Source of the DNA: Phoronis australis
Lineage: Eukaryota; Animalia; Phoronida
Direction: 5' to 3'
DNA: 64,000 bases
Assembly (NCBI GenBank): GCA_002633005.1
Contig: NMRA01000054.1
Location: 190,952 to 254,951, forward strand
Under the pieces are notes generated by a model, which was given only the letters and a program-made list of their open reading frames with translations, was not told the DNA's origin and did not search any database. Made by a program: the position numbers and the translations under genes. This document shows, piece by piece, positions 63,096 through 64,000 of this stretch (its first letter is position 1; the number at the start of each line of letters is the position of its first letter).

Positions 63096-64000
63096 TTGAT
63101 GGTTGGAATTCTGTTGCAGTCGTTGTCCTCCTACTAGTTTCCATTTAAGAAACGGTCAATATCGCGTTTTAAAAAATGATAAAATAATCCCTGTTTTAAT
63201 GATTTCAACCAATCCTCGTTCTATCACCTGCTAATGCATCATACGCGTCAATCTTGCAAGTTAAAGGCAGGAATCAACTAAAAACTCATACTCCATATGT
63301 CAGAGATTGGATATTCTGGTCCTTGGTGAGTGGTCTTTTCGCACAGTTGCCGTGTAATTCGCTAGAAGCGTAGGTCACGCTTGCCCATTTAGGCTTAGTA
63401 GACTTTGACAGGAGTTTTTAAATTTTCCTCCAAACTTTTGGGAGTTGTCGATTGTCACACAGCATTATTTTGATTCAGAGAACTGGATTGGAAAGTCGTT
63501 TGTAAAATCTACTAACAGGTCAAAACCAGGTTTAGTATCCTTTTAACTTTCAATATGATTTCACGATTTGCGAACGGTATATATTTAATGGTGCCCAGAT
63601 GACGCAAATCGATGTTGCATCATGAACTTTTACCACAAAGATGTGGCTCCACTGCTCTGGCGCGTCCCACAGGCACACTCGGCATGACGATAACTTTTCC
63701 CTGGACAACACTTGCAATCTCCCGTGCAGAGATTGAAGCATAGCATAGCATAAATATTCTCAATATACAAAATGTATGATCTTGCGCTCAAGTCGCAACT
63801 AACACTATTGGCCGCCACGTCACTGTTCACTAGCGGTGCCAAGTGTGATGCACGGTTTTACTTCCGCCCAACATGTCGTCTGCTTACTAAATGGAAAGTG
63901 ACATTAAGGAGTGTAGTACAATTCTTCGGACTTGGTGACATCTCTTCCGAGAATTTCGTTGTTGTGAATCTATTGCCTATACTCTGTGATGGAAGCTACA

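Overview
AT-rich animal (invertebrate-type) nuclear DNA with spliceosomal GT-AG introns. There are no prokaryotic operons or CRISPR arrays. The first 20 kb hold two tandem + strand genes for large, mostly disordered proteins that I cannot name. Gene 1 (~2206-6670) has a 22-aa acidic repeat, one AKAP-like helix, dense PKA consensus sites and TQT-like motifs. Gene 2 can be assembled by hand from 7 phase-compatible exons (7310-19995, ~1903 aa): N-terminal transmembrane segments, four AKAP-like amphipathic helices, a divergent RanBP1-like/PH-fold domain split over 3 exons, and an array of LC8-like motifs. The rest is mainly intergenic or intronic and rich in transposon remnants: a Gmr1-type LTR retrotransposon (INT-RT-RH order, with PPT and 3' LTR), a TTAA-flanked Kolobok-like THAP element, foldback MITEs, a tRNA-like SINE head, and a CR1-group LINE fragment broken by a 721-N gap. 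A TATA-driven first exon encoding a signal peptide starts at 40911. All family assignments are by eye and need HMM, BLAST or RNA-seq confirmation.
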